Shown here: positions 61,016-64,000 of the stretch, piece after piece
How positions within the stretch are numbered: the stretch's first letter is position 1
How the letters are laid out: each line of letters starts with the position of its first letter
Assembly (NCBI RefSeq): GCF_963506605.1
Contig: NC_083288.1
Location: 49,352,001-49,416,000, forward strand
Source of the DNA: Zootoca vivipara
Taxonomy: Eukaryota
DNA length: 64,000 bases
Direction of reading: 5' to 3'
Notes under the pieces: generated by a model
The model's database searches: none
Told to the model about the DNA's origin: nothing
The model's input: only the letters and a program-made list of their open reading frames with translations
Made by a program: the position numbers and the translations under genes

Positions 61016-61493
61016 ATGTCACCTTGCCGACAAAGGTCCGTATAGTTAAAAGCTAGGGTTTTCCCAGTAGTGATGTATGGAAGTGAGAGCTGGACCACAA
61101 AGAAGGCTGATCGCCAAAGAATGGATGCTTTTGAATTATGGTGCTGGAGGAGACTCTTGAGAGTCCCATGGACTGCAAGAAGATCAAACCTATCCATTCT
61201 GAAGGAAATCAGCCCTGAGTGCTCACTGGAAGGACAGATCCTGAAGCTGAGGCTCCAATACTTTGGCCACCTCATGAAAAGAGAAGACTCCCTGGAAAAG
61301 ACCCTGATGTTGGAAAAGATCGAGGGCACTAGGAGAAGGGGACGACAGAGGATGAGATGGTTGGAGAGTGTTCTCGAAGCTACAAACATGAGTCTGACCA
61401 AACTGCGGGAGGCAGTGCAAGACAGGAGTGCCTGGCGTGCTCTGGTCCATGGGGTCACGAAGAGTCGGACATGACTTAACGACTAAACAACAA
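61016..61493 (+). mobile_element. BovB (RTE) LINE 3' fragment; short tails at 16116-16148, 56724-56820, 62525-62594
   Basis: MYGSESWTTKKADRQRMDAFELWCWRRLLRVPWTARRSN...HGVTKSRT; (CAA)n tail. Confidence 0.92.
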
Positions 61494-64000
61494 AATCCAT
61501 GCACTTCCAACCAGTTCTGTATTTTGAAGAGTTTTAAAGGGACAAATTCACATCTCAAGGGATGAAATGTCCAAAGGACAATTCGGTCAATGTCTCAGGC
61601 CCACCCCCAGTCCTTTGCAAGGCACTAACTGGTATTATCTGCCTGGTCTTACCAAGTTATTCACACTGAACAAACACATTTTGGGGAAAGCAAAAGGACA
61701 CTTTCTGCTAACCTCTGAAAGCTCAGCAACACCAGAGGACCTGGGCTAGGGAGCTCTGTTGCTGCTCCACCAGAAAATGCTAGTTTTCTACAATAGCCAC
61801 TTTTAGTTATGTGTGTTGCATTTACAGGCACTGGCTCTCCAGAAATGCAATTTTCTCTTGCAGTAAAAGGCTGTCCTTGCCTACTGCAAAATCACAAACC
61901 ATACAAATTGCTTTCGGGTGTCCAAAGATGCTCAGAATCAGGAGGATTTTACGACTCGGGGTCACAGGTGACTCTAACGGTTACCCCCGTGTCTGGGAAT
62001 CCAGCACACAGGTCACCTCTAAGGATTCACACAGCCCAGAAGCTGCAAAGCCAACGCTTGTTGGGCAAATAGCAGGAAAGGGTTATGTGGTTTGCTCTTC
62101 AAAGCCAACAAAGTTTGAGTGTTATCGTTGGTCCCCTTGGGGCAAAGATAATCACTTTTCCAGTTCCACCCTGAGTGATCCCAAAACACAGTAACATTCA
62201 TTAAGATCGAGGTGGGAAAGTGAATTATTGTCTTTTTAAATGATTTCTGAAAGGACTGCTGGTGTGGAATACTTGCTGGTAGAATAGCTTAGTTTACAGC
62301 ACACGTCTGCTGAGAAATAAACCCCAATGAGCTCAGTAGGATTAAATCCTAGATATGTAAATAGAGGATTGCAACTTAAGTGTCACTCTGGCTACCCTAA
62401 CAAGAATCCAATTACCATATTTTTCCATCTATAAGACGCCCCAATGTATATTTTTGGGGACTCCAGTCTAATAAAATGGGGGGGCGATGTATCCATGTAT
62501 AAGATGCCCCCAAATTTTTGACATGCAAGACAGGAGTGCCTGGCGTGCTATGGTCCATGGGGTCACAAAGAGTCGGACACGACTAAACGACAACAGCTTG
62601 CTGCCCTCCAATTAATAAAAAGGGCAGGATGTTTTTGTCACCAAGCACTAAGTTTGGGGGAGAGACCCTTCCTCTCTTTGGAAACCTGAAAACCTTAGCA
62701 AGGCTTTGCCATATGCGCAATTCATTCAATTCGTCAGCTGGTTAAAAAAGGCAGACAAGGAAACTGAAAATTGCTCCGTATTTTTTTTTTGTTGCTTCAG
62801 ACAAGTGATGCAGGCAAAGAGCAGCAGCATGGAATCGTGTGCCAAAGGTGGGACTTCTCTGCTGTGTTAAGGGCTCTCGCCCTGCCTCTGAAACGCAACA
62901 CGGCCAGCATGACACAGGACAGCTGAAGCACATTAGGAACTGAAAGCAAGAAAATAAAGGGGGTGGGCTCAAAGTTATGAAGAGCAGTGATCACACTGTC
63001 CCCTGTTGGAGCCTCATGGGAGGGAGGGGAGAATCAAGTGTTGTCGTCCCTGCGCTCCAAATAACCCCAAAAAAACAGGCCGGTTTCCCACCTTTTGAGT
63101 ATCCAGAGGCACAACCCAAAATGGCTTGCTAGTTCAGTCCAATTTGCTAGTTCAATTTCCTCACCTGCCCATGGGAAAGTCCACAGAAAATCCCCGGGCA
63201 TTCCGTGTTTTACACTCTGGAAACAGGAGCAGGATATATAAATAGTTCAATAAATAGGATGTGGAGAAGGAAGGGGAGGCAGGACAAGGACTCTCTGCAC
63301 AGGTAGATCCAGGGTCTCTTTGGACACACAGGAAAGAAGGGGTGTGCTCTTTGGGGTTTTTATGTAGCTGAAATAACATGTCCCCCTCACTTGCTCACAG
63401 TCCGCTGGGTGGCAAGGCTGCCAAAGATCAGGAGATCCGAGGGGGTGGGGTGTATGTGTAGCGCAACTCTCTTTGGCCAATTTATTTCTTCCAGCTGACA
63501 AAACTGCACTGTGAGGATAAAGGAGCTGACCTTGGCAAAGAGGCACCAGCAGGAGAGGAGCGTTGGCAGTTCAGCAGCGGCATTGGGAAGATGGTGGTGA
63601 CATTTTAGGGCCCTTTCTCTTGCTTTCACCCTGGGCTCCCGCTTAGGGGAGCTCTTGAAGGATATTCAGAAGAAACCTCCCCTTTCTGGCCAGATCCCAA
63701 CAAGGAGGCAACTGAATGTGAGGGGACCAGGCACAGGGCGTGCATCAACGATAATTCTCCGCAGGCCACCAACCTCTTTCCTTTTCTTGGGTTTTTTATT
63801 ATTATTATTATCATCGGTACTGCACGAAGGCCCCTTCAAGAGCACAGCAGCAGATCAGTAAAAAAAAAAAGAAACACTTAACAACATCAACAGACAATTC
63901 TGCAAAAATAAATACATAAAAACCCAGACCCTCCCACGCCCAATGTCATGGGCTGTCTCTGTCTGTGTCCAAATCCGTAGTAAGGCAGCAAGGATTGGGG

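Noticed and set aside
63380-63860. Possible exon(s) of a further gene at the window end
   Set aside because: No recognisable protein similarity or consistent splice pattern.

Overview
This is eukaryotic vertebrate DNA. The repeat content (Sauria SINEs, BovB, CR1, Penelope, hAT and Mariner MITEs) points to a squamate, most plausibly a lacertid lizard (inference). From left to right the window contains: the last seven coding exons of a KIF4 chromokinesin (+, 200-6964); a complete 7-exon TAF9/TAF9B gene (-, 10467-22400) with a GC-AG intron; two divergent identical tRNA-Gly(GCC) genes and a degenerate third copy; a repeat-dense region; an intact 673-aa reverse-transcriptase ORF (-, 34750-36771); and a replication-dependent histone cluster (H4, a divergent truncated H2A, H4, H3.2, H1) in which H2B is missing although its promoter elements remain. 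The RT ORF is of the Utopia/NeSL/R2 (RLE-clade non-LTR) type. It keeps its catalytic aspartates but has no zinc fingers or endonuclease, and candidate splice sites flank it. The best candidate for an undescribed system is this possibly domesticated, endonuclease-less RT gene beside a remodelled histone cluster. Family assignments come from recalled motifs, not database searches, and repeat boundaries are approximate. An assembly gap lies at 10707-10842.
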